From the NCBI GenBank assembly GCA_963745035.1, contig CAVUVW010000013.1, positions 1,248,001-1,312,000 on the forward strand: a stretch of 64,000 nt of DNA, given 5' to 3'. The position numbers and the translations under genes are program-made. Under the pieces are notes generated by a model, which was given only the letters and a program-made list of their open reading frames with translations, did not search any database and was not told the origin of the DNA. Positions 39,329-50,795 of this stretch are shown one piece after another (the first letter of the stretch is position 1; every line of letters begins with the position of its first letter). The stretch is from an uncultured delta proteobacterium (GTDB taxonomy: Bacteria > Desulfobacterota > Binatia > UBA9968).

Positions 39329-40409
39329 TGGCGCGGTAGAGAAGAAGCTCATCGGCGTGGCCGATGTCGTGATCACGGCGGCGCAGCGCAGCCAGGATCC
39401 GGCGCTGTCGATCCCAGTGCGTAGTCTCGCCAACGTCAACTTCAACGAGAAGCGCGGCATCATCGAAATGGGACGCAGGAAACAAGCGCGCACGTTCTTC
39501 AACGTCGGCATGGCGAAAAAATTCATGCAGACGGTGCTGGTTGCCGACGCTCTGGCGGAGTTACAGCGAGCGAATTTGACTACGTCTCTTCGCGAGATTT
39601 ATTATCGCACCAAGCACACGATCAAAAACTCGCACGAAAACACCTTCGACGGCCAGAACGAATCCGACCCGCTCATCGAAGATCTCGAAGTCAGTCTCGA
39701 AGCGTTGCGCGAAGAGCTGCACGTGCGCGCGGAGAATTCCGGCACGGTGGTCGGGCCGTTGACCCTGGTCGACGACGGCGACCGGGTGGACTGCACGCGC
39801 CTCGGCAAGGGCGGCTATTCGGTTCCGTCCATCGTCGAGCCGGAGTATATTCAGATCAGCAAATGCACCGCCGATTTCGTTCTGCTCGTCGAGAAAGGAA
39901 CCCAGTGGAACCGGCTTTCCGAAGACAAGTTCTGGCGCCGCTACAACTGCATCCTGCTCACGGGAAACGGCCAGCCACCGCGCGGCGTCCGCCGCCTGGC
40001 GCGCCGGCTGCACGAAGAATACAATCTGCCGGTTTACGTCCTCGTCGACAACGACCCCTGGGGCTATTACATCTATTCCGTCGTCAAGCAGGGCTCGATC
40101 AATCTCGCCTTCGAAAGCCAGCGCATGGCGATTCCCAAGGCCAAGTTCATCGGCTTTTCCAGCTCGGATCCAGAACGCTACGGCTTGCCGCGCAACGTCG
40201 GCATAAAGCTCAACGACAAAGACATTAACCGCGCCAAGGAGCTGGCGAAGTACAAATGGTTCCAGAAAAAGGAATGGCAGAACGAAATCAAGGGCATGCT
40301 CGCAAGCGGTCTCAAGTACGAGCTCGATGCGCTCGCCAACAAAGATTTTCAATATCTAACCAAGACCTATTTGCCGAGAAAGCTCAAAGAAAAAGACTTG
40401 CTGGACTAA
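39303..40409 (+). CDS. top6A: DNA topoisomerase VI subunit A (Spo11-like)
   Basis: Catalytic LREIYY; FDGQNESD; TOPRIM motifs VEK and DNDPWG; overlaps the top6B end. Confidence 0.95.
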   Translation: MARKKQKSNGAVEKKLIGVADVVITAAQRSQDPALSIPVRSLANVNFNEKRGIIEMGRRKQARTFFNVGMAKKFMQTVLVADALAELQRANLTTSLREIYYRTKHTIKNSHENTFDGQNESDPLIEDLEVSLEALREELHVRAENSGTVVGPLTLVDDGDRVDCTRLGKGGYSVPSIVEPEYIQISKCTADFVLLVEKGTQWNRLSEDKFWRRYNCILLTGNGQPPRGVRRLARRLHEEYNLPVYVLVDNDPWGYYIYSVVKQGSINLAFESQRMAIPKAKFIGFSSSDPERYGLPRNVGIKLNDKDINRAKELAKYKWFQKKEWQNEIKGMLASGLKYELDALANKDFQYLTKTYLPRKLKEKDLLD

Positions 40410-40568
40410 ACCGAGGCACACCTTCAGCTTTTTCGATTACGCTCAGGATCTGAGCTTTGTGGACGGCTGAGAAATTCGCGTCTGCGCCGCGCACTCACCA
40501 TGCGACCGCTGCCTTGACGAAATAGATTGGCCTTTGCTAGCTTCGCGCTAGATCCTCAGAGCAGCGAC

Positions 40569-42230
40569 GTGTCAAAACAAGAAGTCAGTCTTCCTGACGG
40601 CGACTTGATCTCCGCTGCCGCGCCGGCCGGCTGGAAGAAAGGATCGCGTATTTTCTCCTGACCCGCTCGCCTTTGGGAAGCTTGGTGCGTTGGGTTGCGG
40701 CCATCAAGGCTTCGGTTCATGCAAAATTGCTCGCCGGCTATTTCCTGGTCACCTTGCTGGTGATCGGCATGGGCGCAATGAGCCTTCAGACCATCGCCAA
40801 AATGTCCAGTCAGGGCCAGCTCCTGGATGAGGCTCACGAACGAGTGCACTGGTCGCAGGAGATCCAGCATGCCCTGGCTATGCAGATGAACTTCACGGCC
40901 ATGGCTTTGCTTTTGAGAAGCGAGGCGACGGTCGAAAACATTCTTCGCGAGAACAACCGATTCAACAATACACTGGCTCGCCTTGAGAAGGCCGCTCAAC
41001 CGGAAGAGGTAGAGCTGATTCAACGGATCCGCGCCGCCCAGGTGAGAGGCGCTGACCACCGTGGCCGATATTGCAAACCTCATTCGGGACGGTAAAGTCG
41101 ATGCCGCGATGCGGTTGCAGCAAGACAAGCAGTATCCCCTCTATCGGCGCATCGAAGAGTTTGTCACTCAGTTGGTCGGACGCGAGCGGGACAAGATGGA
41201 CCCGCTTCCGGGACAGCGTCGCCGCGGCAAACAGGAATACGCTGATCCTGATGGCGAGCAGCGCGGCGGCTTTGATGCTGGTGGCGTTGTTGTTGGGTTT
41301 CGTCATCTCATGGTCCTTTATCCTGCCCGTCCAGAAGGCCCATGGCTTCCTGAGCGAGGTGGCGAAAGGAAACTTTGCGGCCACGATCAACGTGCCAAAT
41401 CGCGACGAGTTCGGCGCGCTGGCGGCGCATATGAACCACATGAGCCAGGAGTTGCACCGTCTCTACGAGAGCCAGAATCGGGCGTCGCAGGAACTGCAGC
41501 GGCTGAACGAGCAACTCCAGCAAGCCAGCAAAGCCAAATCGAATTTTCTCGCCAATATGTCGCACGAGCTGCGTACGCCGATGAATGCGATCCTCGGCTT
41601 TGTCGAAATGATGCTCGATGAGATTTACGGCGAGGTTCCGCCGCACCTGCGGGAACCCCTGACGGATGTCCAAACCAACGGCAAGCATCTGCTTCGCCTG
41701 ATCAACGACGTGCTGGATCTTTCCAAAATCGAAGCCGGTCGCATGGAGCTCGTTTTGGCGGAGTACTCGGTCCAGGACGTGGTCGAGACCGTTCGCACCT
41801 CGCTCCAATCGCTCGCCTTGGAAAAGGGTTTGGAGTTCGTCGCCGCCGCCGAGGACGATATTCCGCTCGCGCTGGGTGACGGCAAGCGGATCACTCAATG
41901 TCTGATGAACCTGGTGGGAAACGCCCTGAAATTCAGCAAGCACGGGACGCGTGGCGGTCTGGGTCGAGCGGCAAGGACGAAACTTGCTCTATCGCGTGTC
42001 GGATACCGGAATCGGCATACCTCAAGGAAGAGCTCGAAAATATCTTTGAGGAATTCCAACAAGTGGACACGGCGATCACGCGGGAGTTCAGTGGGACCGG
42101 ACTCGGGCTTAACATCACCAAGAAATTCGTCGAAATGCATGGCGGCCGGATTTGGGTGGAAAGCGAGCTCGGAAAGGGATCGACTTTTTTCTTTGCCATT
42201 CCTTTGCGCGTGAAGCATGGTCGAGGTCGC
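40569..42230 (+). CDS. Membrane sensor histidine kinase (2 TM, helical sensor domain, HAMP, HisKA, HATPase); several frameshifts, boundaries approximate
   Basis: Fragments in ORFs 40673, 41061, 41071, 41898: [44 protein letters not shown]. Confidence 0.85.
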
Positions 42231-42608
42231 ATGAGCGGCAAGACAATTTTATACGTAGAAGACAACGAGTTTAACTTGAAGATGGTGCGGCAACTTTTGG
42301 CGCGCACCGCATACCGGCTGATTGAGGCGACCGATGGCGAGCTCGGGGTGGCAACGGCGCTCAAGGAGGTTCCCGACTTGATCCTGATGGACATCCAACT
42401 TCCGAAGATGTCCGGACTGGACGCGACGCGCCAGCTTCGCGCCGATCCCAAGACCGCCGCTATCCCGATCATCGTGATTACTTCTTTCGCTCTCAGCGGC
42501 GACGACCAGAAAGCGAAGGATGCGGGGGCGACCGGCCTATATGGCAAAGCCATACAGCCCGCGCGAGCTGTTGCAGATGATCCGCAATCTTGCTTCCCGA
42601 GCAATAGA
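42231..42608 (+). CDS. DivK-like receiver-domain response regulator; frameshift near 42535; in frame with the kinase C-terminus as assembled
   Basis: [28 protein letters not shown]; shifted tail [12 protein letters not shown]. Confidence 0.8.
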
Positions 42609-42628
42609 ACTTTGAGAGTTGATGCATC

Positions 42629-43685
42629 GTGAGTAAAGCTCCCCGCATTCTGGCGGTTGATGACAACAAGCAGAATCTGTCGCTGCTCGAGAAGAGCCCT
42701 CACGTCGGCGCAGTACGAAGTCGTAACCGCAGAGGACGGCCCTACGGCGCTCGAACTCATCGGTAAGGCAGCGCCGGACCTTGTTCTGCTCGATGTCATG
42801 ATGCCGGGTATGTCCGGGTACGAGGTTTGCCAGCGTATCCGCGCCAACGAAGCCACTTGCCTCCTTCCGGTCGTGATGTTGACCGCGCTGACCGATGTGG
42901 CCGACCGAATTCGCGGGATCGAAGCAGGCGCCGACGATTTTCTGAGCAAGCCCGTAAATCGGGAAGAGCTCCTGACGCGGGTCAAGTCGCTCCTCGGATC
43001 AAGACGCTCCACGACGACGTCGAGACCAAGAACCATCTGCTCCGCAATCTCTTTGGCCGGTACGTTTCTGCCGATGTGGCGGCCGAGATCGTCGCCGATC
43101 CCGGGCGTCACCTGAAGTTGGGCGGCGACAAGCGCGAAGTCACCATTCTGTTCGGCGATCTTCGTGGATTCACCCCGCTCGCCGAGCAACTCGATCCGCA
43201 GGATGTGGTCGACATCCTCAATAGCTATTTGAAGCTCGTCATCGACACCGTTTTTGAATTTAGCGGCACACTCGACAAATTTCGCGGCGATGGATTCATG
43301 GCGTTCTTCGGCGCGCCCATCGCTCGCGAAGATGATCCCCTTAACGCTGTCCGCTGCGCGCTTGCCATTCAGGAAAGATTGGTGTCCATCGCTTTCACAA
43401 AGTTTCCCGAGGTTCGCCTGCACATGGGTGTCGGCATCAACACCGGCGTCGTCATCGCCGGCAATATCGGCTCTGAACGAAGAACCGATTACACGGTGAT
43501 TGGCAACGAGGTCAACACCGCCCAGCGGTTCGAATCGAATGCCGGGCCGGGACAAATCCTGATCACGGGCAACACCTACGAGCGGGTGAAAGAGGCCGTG
43601 CAGGTTCGCGAGCTTGGTCTTCTACGAGTCACTCGGAAAGCAGGAAGGCGTCCTGGCCTACGATGTGCTCAGTGGAGTGAAGTGA
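42629..43685 (+). CDS. Response regulator receiver fused to class III adenylate/guanylate cyclase; several frameshifts
   Basis: REC motifs [22 protein letters not shown]; cyclase motifs [37 protein letters not shown]. Confidence 0.87.
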
Positions 43686-43726
43686 ATCTTGTGAATGCGA
43701 TACTCAAACGCTGGAGGAATTAGAAA

Positions 43727-44245
43727 ATGGCATTTGGTTAATCCACGGTCGCGTATCTGCGACCGCCGCTGCGGTCGGACTATGTTTTTGTCGTGTTTGT
43801 CAGCCGGTGGAAGGACGCCATCTGTGTGGGCTGCGCAGGAAGAGCAGTTCACCCCCGAGTTCAAGGAATTGCGCACGCTCCTTCGATCCCAAACATACGC
43901 CGAAAATTACCGCGCCGGACTCCGTCAAGCGCGGACAATGGTTTGACGTCACCGTCAACGATTGGCGCCGGCGGCGAACATCCTTCTCTGAGCGAGCATG
44001 CCATCCGTTATATCGCGCTGTACATCAACACCGCGGAAATCGCACGCATCTATCTTCACCCGGTTTATTCGTTTCCCAAAGTTACATTTACCATCGCGCT
44101 CGATACGGGAGGCTCGCTTCGGGCGATCGCCGAACCGAACCATTCGGCGGGTTGGGAGGCGGCAAAAAAAATCGCCGTGGCTCGCTTAGCGAGTCACAGC
44201 AAAGCAAGATTCACTTTTTGCCCATCGCCACCGACACCGTCGTGA
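43727..44245 (+). CDS. Desulfoferrodoxin / class II superoxide-reductase-like (SORL) domain protein; frameshifted, boundaries approximate
   Basis: Joined frames read PKHTPKITAPDSVKRGQWFDVTV-IGAGGEHPSLSEHAIRYIALY...PKVTFTIAL...EPNHSAGWE. Confidence 0.65.
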
Positions 44246-44938
44246 GTGCTTTATCGGCCACGACGACTTCCTGCGTCATATTGCCTAAAGTTTCCTGCCA
44301 GACCCGCAGCGTGTACTTTCCTGGTGGCACGTTATCCAATGTAAACTCGCCCTGTTCGTTGGTTACTGCGTAGAACGGATGCTCGGCAACCACCACCCAG
44401 CCACGCATCCAGGAATGGAGATCGCAGTCGACCCGAAGCAGTTTCGGGTTGTTTGAAGACGAAGGAAATGCTCCGCGCATGCGGCTGTGCTCGGTTGAAC
44501 GGCGGATTCTCCTTGCCCGTGCTCCGACGTTATGCAGCAACCGATCGCTATTGAGAAACTCCATCGTTCCGCCCACCGGCACGATGACCACGCGCGGCGT
44601 GAACGAGCATTGCTTTTGATCCATCTTCGCGGGCGGGAAATTCCAATCTCGTTTGGCGCCCGGCGGGACATTCTGCAGCGACACGACCGCATTGCGGATG
44701 CCGTTGTTCGAGGAGAGCAGCAAGTCTTCCGGCTCTTTTTCCTTGCCGCAAATATACTGATCGATCGTCACGGCGGATTTTCTTTTTTTCAATCGCCGCG
44801 CCCACGTAGCGGATATTGCCTTTGATGGTCTCGGCGCGCGAAGGACCCGCGATGAAGCACCACTGCGGCGACAAAAACGATGACAAAGAATGGCTTGGCT
44901 CGGCCAGCGCGACAAAACCCGAAGGCCCGTATTTTCAT
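44211..44938 (-). CDS. Secreted cupredoxin-like / carboxypeptidase-regulatory-like domain protein; frameshifted
   Basis: MDQKQCSFTPRV, NSDRLLHNV, CDLHSWM, HPFYAVT, VPPGKYTL. Confidence 0.75.
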
Positions 44939-45179
44939 TGATGCACCTCGTTCAAAGTGAATAAAACACAAGCACCTTCATTAGTCCACAAATTCCTCAG
45001 CAAAGCTAGCCTTGGCTCTCGTTGTTCATGGACGGGCCGCGTCGACGTTTCCATTCCGTTGCCTTCATCAATGCTCGATTTGCGCGTCTTGTATCAAATA
45101 CCATTCAGTTATAAATCCCTAGGAAGGTCGAGCGTACAATCTAAGTCGCTCGCCGAATACCGCCAAAAAGGAGAATCGC

Positions 45180-45369
45180 ATGCCAGAGAAAAATGCGCTC
45201 GCGCACCGATTGCGCTATGCTGGAGGGAGCGAGGCTTTCTCCCGCCGAGCTTGAAGTGAGTCGTCAGCGAGATCGAGGATCTGGACGGATTGTGGCGGAG
45301 CTTGAAGAGTTCGCTCAAGGCACTCCCTGGATTTCGCTGCAAGTGCAACCCGCCCGCAAAGGGTCTTGA
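45180..45369 (+). CDS. Small acidic protein upstream of the amidase (possibly GatC-like); frameshifted
   Basis: AAGGAG RBS; fragments read VSEIEDLD and IVAELEEFAQGTPWISLQVQP*; stop 2 nt before the amidase ATG. Confidence 0.4.
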
Positions 45370-45371
45370 CC

Positions 45372-46800
45372 ATGACTGCCGGCGATATCCTCGAATTGAA
45401 TTTAACCGATCTTGCTCGAAACATTGCGCGAGCCGCGAACTGTCGTCGTCCGAAGGCGGTGAGCGCGGCCCTGGCGCGTCTGGATCAGCTCGAAGGCAAG
45501 CTCAACGCTTTCATCACGGTTCTGCGCGAGCAAGCTCTCGCCGAAGCGAAAAAGGCGGATGAAGAAATCGCTCGCGGCAATTATCGCGGCCCGCTGCACG
45601 GCGTGCCGGTGACGATCAAGGACATGTTCGAGACCGCCGGCGTGCTGACCACAGGCGGATCGAAGATTCTGGCGGATTGGATTCCCGACACGGATTCGGC
45701 ATTTAGTGGAACGATTGCGAAGCGCCGGCGCGATCATCATCGGCAAGACCAATCTCGACGAGTTCGGCCACGGCGGCACGTCGACGCTTTCTCACTTCGG
45801 CCCCGTTCACAATCCCTGGAATATCGACCGCATCGCCGGCGGCTCGAGCGGCGGCTCAGCGGCGGCGGTCGCAAGCGGCATCGGGCCGCTTTCCTACGGC
45901 ACCGAGACCGGCTCTTCGGTGCGCCGGCCCGCATCGTATTGCGGCATCGTCGGCTTCAAGCCCACCTTCGGCATGATCAGCCGGCACGGTTCCTTTCGTG
46001 GCGCCTGGAGTCAAGATCACGTCGGGCTGTTTGCGCGTTCGGTGAAAGATATCACATTGGGTTTCGATCCCGTGGCGGGCTTCGACGCGCGCGATCCGGC
46101 GAGCGTGCATCAAGAGGAGCCGGCGTACGCCGCTCGCCTCGACGGCAACATTAAAGGACTGAAAATCGGCGTGCTCCGCCGTTTTCTCGAAGGCGCGAAC
46201 ACAGAAGTCAGGCAATCTTTCGATCACGCACTCAAAGTTCTCGCCGACGCAAGATGCGAAATAGTCGATCTTGGATATTCCCGAACTGCGATACGCCGCG
46301 ATGACATCCATGCTGACCAGCTCGGCCGAGAGCGCCGGCATCAATCGCCGCTGGTTTCGCGAGCGGCACCAGGACTACGTGCCGCACGTGAGCCGCGGCA
46401 TCGCCGTGGGCATGACGATCACGGCGTCGGAATATTTGACGGCTCAGCGCGCGCGCCACAAAATCCGCATAGGCGATGCGCAGGGCCTACGAGGCGTCCA
46501 AATCATCGCCTCGCCGACAACCGCGCAGAGTCGCGCCGCTGCTGTCGGACGGCGTCAAAGGCAACGGCGATGACACGCGCCATGCGAGCTACAATCATTC
46601 CAATCTGTTGCGCTTCCCGAGCATGCTCGGATTGCCCGGTTGCTCGCTGCCCTGCGGCGTGAACTCGGAAAGTTTACCGATCGGTCATGCAGCTCATCGG
46701 AGCTTGGTTCACCGATCAAACCGTTTTGAATACGGCTCTCGCCTACCAGAACGCGACGGACTGGCATATGCGCCGACCTAACATCATCAACACAGTGTGA
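45372..46800 (+). CDS. Amidase signature family enzyme; several frameshifts
   Basis: GPLHGVPVTIKD, GKTNLDEF, GGSSGGSA, GTETGSSVRRPA, GFKPTFG, GLPGCSLP. Confidence 0.88.
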
Positions 46801-47095
46801 GCAACCATCGAAGTTGTAAGCGCTCCTTCCGGCGCTAGCTCGCGCATTGAGCACGAACGCGGAAATCGCTTGGTTGTGGCGCATCCCCGAGAGCCGTTGG
46901 TTCGAAGAATCTCGCCTGGAAAATTCGTCCCGAATGAATGGGAAGGATCTGCTGTCAATTGAGTCCCCTCGCCGGTCGATTTAGTTGACTCTAAGCTCCC
47001 GAACGGGTAGGTTTCGCGCGGGCTGATACATCGAATGTTGTGTCATGCATTTCAAAGTGTTTAGATTTTCAAATCCGCTTTTGAGGAGGACGGAT

Positions 47096-48148
47096 ATGCA
47101 AACTGGCGTTCGCCGAATTTGGCTTGTCGGCGCTGTTTTGATCATCGGGTCGGGCGCGCCCGCCGCCGCGCAGACGCCGTACTATCAGGGAAAAACCATT
47201 AAACTGATTCAGGGCCGGGAGGCGGGCGGCTCCGGGGATATAAGATCGAAAGCCGTCATGCCGTTCTTGACGAAATACATTCCGGGAAATCCCACGATCA
47301 TCAATGAGTTCATGCCGGGCGGCGGCGGGCGCAAGGCGGCCAACTTCCTCTTCGGCAGCGCGCGCCCGGACGGTCTCACGATCGGCCACGTGAGCAGCGG
47401 CATCGTCACCAGCGCCGTGCTCGGCGAGGCGGGCGTACAATATGACATCGACAAATTCCATTGGCTGGGCGCCACCGACAACGCGTTTCACTACGCGTTT
47501 TTCACACGCAAAGAACTGGGTCTGAGCACGATCGAGAAGCTGCGAGCCCATCCAGGATTGAGAATCGGCGCGACGTCCATAGGTCATACCACCTATACTT
47601 ACGGGCGCACTTTTGCCTGGCTGCTCGGGCTCAAAGATCCGAGGTTCGTGCTCGGCTATTCATCCCTCGAAGTCGACGTCGCGATGGCGCGCGGCGAGCT
47701 GGATGCGCGCAGCAACAACACCGCCGAAGTGATCCGGCGAAACCGCGATGCGGTGAAGAAGGGCCTCTTCGATTTCGCGGCGATCCTGAAAATACCCAGG
47801 GAAGATAAAGAGCCGCAATTCGATCATATTCAGGAGATCGACGCTTTCGCGAAATCGGAAAGAGACCGCCGATTCTTGGCCTTGACCCGAGCCACGAGAT
47901 CGGTCGGCACGCCTTATCTGCTTCCTCCGAACACGCCGAAGGAACAAGTGCAGATTCTACGCGAGGCGATGAAGAAGACTTTTCAAGATCCGGAGTTTCA
48001 AAAGGAGTTCAAGAAACTGAGTGGCGATGATCTCGGCGCGCTGATGCCCGAGACCCAGGAAGAAATCATCAGGTCGGTGCCGCGCGACGCGGAAACCATC
48101 GAGCTTTTCAAATTGATCAACGGCAATCAGCCGCTGCCGGCCCGCTAG
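47096..48148 (+). CDS. TctC/Bug family substrate-binding protein
   Basis: GAGGAGG RBS; YYQGKTIKL, MPGGGG, RPDGLTIG, PPNTPKE. Confidence 0.85.
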   Translation: MQTGVRRIWLVGAVLIIGSGAPAAAQTPYYQGKTIKLIQGREAGGSGDIRSKAVMPFLTKYIPGNPTIINEFMPGGGGRKAANFLFGSARPDGLTIGHVSSGIVTSAVLGEAGVQYDIDKFHWLGATDNAFHYAFFTRKELGLSTIEKLRAHPGLRIGATSIGHTTYTYGRTFAWLLGLKDPRFVLGYSSLEVDVAMARGELDARSNNTAEVIRRNRDAVKKGLFDFAAILKIPREDKEPQFDHIQEIDAFAKSERDRRFLALTRATRSVGTPYLLPPNTPKEQVQILREAMKKTFQDPEFQKEFKKLSGDDLGALMPETQEEIIRSVPRDAETIELFKLINGNQPLPAR

Positions 48149-48159
48149 CGCCAACGAAC

Positions 48160-50539
48160 TTACTTCTTCACCTTGGCGCGCTCCAGCGCTAAGGCGATGG
48201 CGCCGCTGGGCTTAATCTCGGAGCGCGCCGGTGCGTGCTTCGGCTCCGGCCGCTGCTCGCTGCGCGGCCTTCCGATTTTCCGGCCGATCGTTGGAGCGCA
48301 AAGCGGGATTCGACGGTTCGTCGAGGCGCATGGTCAGCGAGATGCGTTGGCGCTTCTCGTCGACTTCCATCACTTTTACTTTGACGATCTGTCCTGGCCT
48401 GACAATCTCGTGGGGGTCCTTGACGAACTTATTCGCCAACTGCGACACGTGCACCAAGCCGTCCTGGTGCACGCCGATGTCGACAAACGCGCCGAAGGCG
48501 GCGACGTTAGTCACTACCCCTTCGAGGATCATGCCCGCGTTGCAAGTCGGCGAGCGATTCGACGCCTTCCTGAAACGCCGCTGTCTTGAATTCCGGTCGC
48601 GGATCGCGGCCCGGTTTTTCCAGCTCCGCGAGAATATCGCGCACCGTCGGGACGCCGAACTGGTCGTCCGTGAAATCTTCGGGCGCCAGGCTCTTCAGCA
48701 CGCCAGACTGCCCCATCACTTGGCCGATGCTTTTGCCGATGCGCGCGAGAATGCGCTCGACCACCGGATAGGCCTCGGGGTGGACCGCCGAGCGGTCAAG
48801 CGGACTGTCACCGCCGTTGATGCGCAAGAAGCCCGCTGCCTGCTCGAAAGTTTTGTCGCCCAGGCGCGGCACTTTACGCATGATCCTGCGATTGGTGAAC
48901 GGGCCGTTGGCGTTGCGGTATTCGACGATGTTTTTCGCCAGCGCGCTGTTCAGTCCCGACACACGCGCGAGCAGCGGCGCCGAAGCGGTGTTCACGTCCA
49001 CGCCCACCGCGTTGACGCAGTCTTCGACCGTGGCGTCAAGCGAGCGCGCCAACGCGCGCTGATTGACGTCGTGTTGATATTGGCCGACGCCGATCGACTT
49101 GGGATCGATTTTCACCAGTTCGGCCAGCGGATCCTGCAAACGCCGCGCGATCGACACCGCGCCGCGCAGGCTCACGTCGAGCTCAGGGAATTCGGCGGCG
49201 GCGAAGGCCGATGCCGAATAGACCGACGCGCCCGCTTCGCTGACGACGATCTTGTTCACTTTTCGTTCCGGCATCTTCGATGCGATCAGCTTGATCACTT
49301 CGATGGCGAGCTTGTCGGTCTCGCGGCTGGCGGTACCGTTACCGATGGAGATCAACTCGACGTTATGCTGCACGATCATGCGCGCCAGCGTCGCGAGCGA
49401 GCCCTGCCAATCGTTGCGCGGCTGGTGCGGATAGATAGTCGTCGTCTCCAGCAGCTTGCCGGTGGCATCGACCACCGCAACTTTGCAGCCCGGTGCGAAT
49501 GCCGGGGTCGAGGCCGAGCACCGCCTTTGGACCTGCCGGGGCGGCCAGCAGTAGCTCGTGCAGGTTGCGGCCGAAGATTTTGATCGCTTCCGCCTCCGCC
49601 GCTTCGCGCAACTGCATCAAGCAGCTCGCTGCTGATGTGCGCGTGCGCTCTGACACGCCAAGTCCACTGGCAGACGTCCAGCAACCACTTGTCCGCCGCA
49701 CGGCCCCGGTCTTCGATGCGAAAATGTGTCGCGATCATGGCGGCGCAAGGATGCGGCACGACAGCTTCGAGCTCTTCGCTCAGACCCAGGCTGATCGTCA
49801 AAATTTCCAGAGCTTGGCCGCGGAACAGCGCGAGAGCGCGATGCGAAGGGATAGTGCGGATCGTTTCCGAATAATCGTAGTAGTCGCGAAACTTCTCCGC
49901 CTCGGCAGTTTCCTTTCCTTTGGCGACTTTAGAAGTAACGATGCCTTGCTCCCACATGCGAGCGCGCAGTTTAGCGAGCAGCTCCGCCGTTTCGGCAAAA
50001 CGCTCGACGAGAATATCGCGCGCGCCGTCCAGCGCCGTTTTGACGTCCGGCACGCCGTTCTCGGCGGCCGGCTTGGCGTTGACATACTTCGCCGCTTCCG
50101 TCTGCGGATCGAGCCTGGGATCGCTGAACAGCGCATCGGCCAGCGGCTCCAATCCGGCTTCGCGCGCGATTTGCGCCCGCGTGCGCCGCTTGGGCTTATA
50201 GGGTAAGTAAAGATCTTCCAGCGCCTGCTTGGTCGCCGCCGCCTCGACGGCGCCGCGTAATTCGTCCGTGAGCTTTCCCTGCTCCTCGATCGATGCCAGG
50301 ATCACCGCGCGCCGCTCTTCCAACTCGCGCAGATAAAGCAGCCGCTCCTCGAGATTGCGCAGCTGCGTGTCATCGAGATTGCCGGTGACTTCCTTGCGAT
50401 AGCGCGCAATAAACGGCACCGTCGCACCCTCATCGAGCAGCGCCACCGTCGCCGCGACCTGCGCGCCGCCGACGTTGAGCTCTTTGGCGATAGTTTGAAC
50501 GATCTTGACCTGTGATACTTCGGTATTTGCCTGAGTCAT
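48160..50539 (-). CDS. tex: Tex (YhgF) RNA-binding transcription accessory protein; frameshifts near 49620, 49485, 48535 and 48240
   Basis: [56 protein letters not shown] and S1 domain [16 protein letters not shown]. Confidence 0.93.
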
Positions 50540-50795
50540 TGGAATTAACGTCTAGTGTAACAAAATTCGCGAGTGAAACCGGGTGGTCAATCGCGATGTA
50601 TTTTCCCAGAAAGACAAGTTTTCAAAGTGACGACATCTATCGCCGCGAACGGCATCGTGATTATGCTGATCTTGTACCGTCTTCGCAAACGTCGGATCCC
50701 GTCCATTTGGCGAGAAACTGTCCTTAAAGATTTGAGAGTTGATTCATAGAAAACAAAGGAACAGTTCGTGTTCCTCCGAACCTATCGGTAGGCGC

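Noticed and set aside
28071-40409. HerA-like ATPase + Mre11-like nuclease + topoisomerase VI as an archaeal-style DNA repair or defence island
   Set aside because: The genes are on different strands and separated by unrelated transport and metabolic genes. The ATPase is the common YjgR type, and there is no NurA or Rad50.
45372-46800. Amidase as gatA of a gatCAB operon
   Set aside because: No gatB nearby, and the signature loop differs from GatA.
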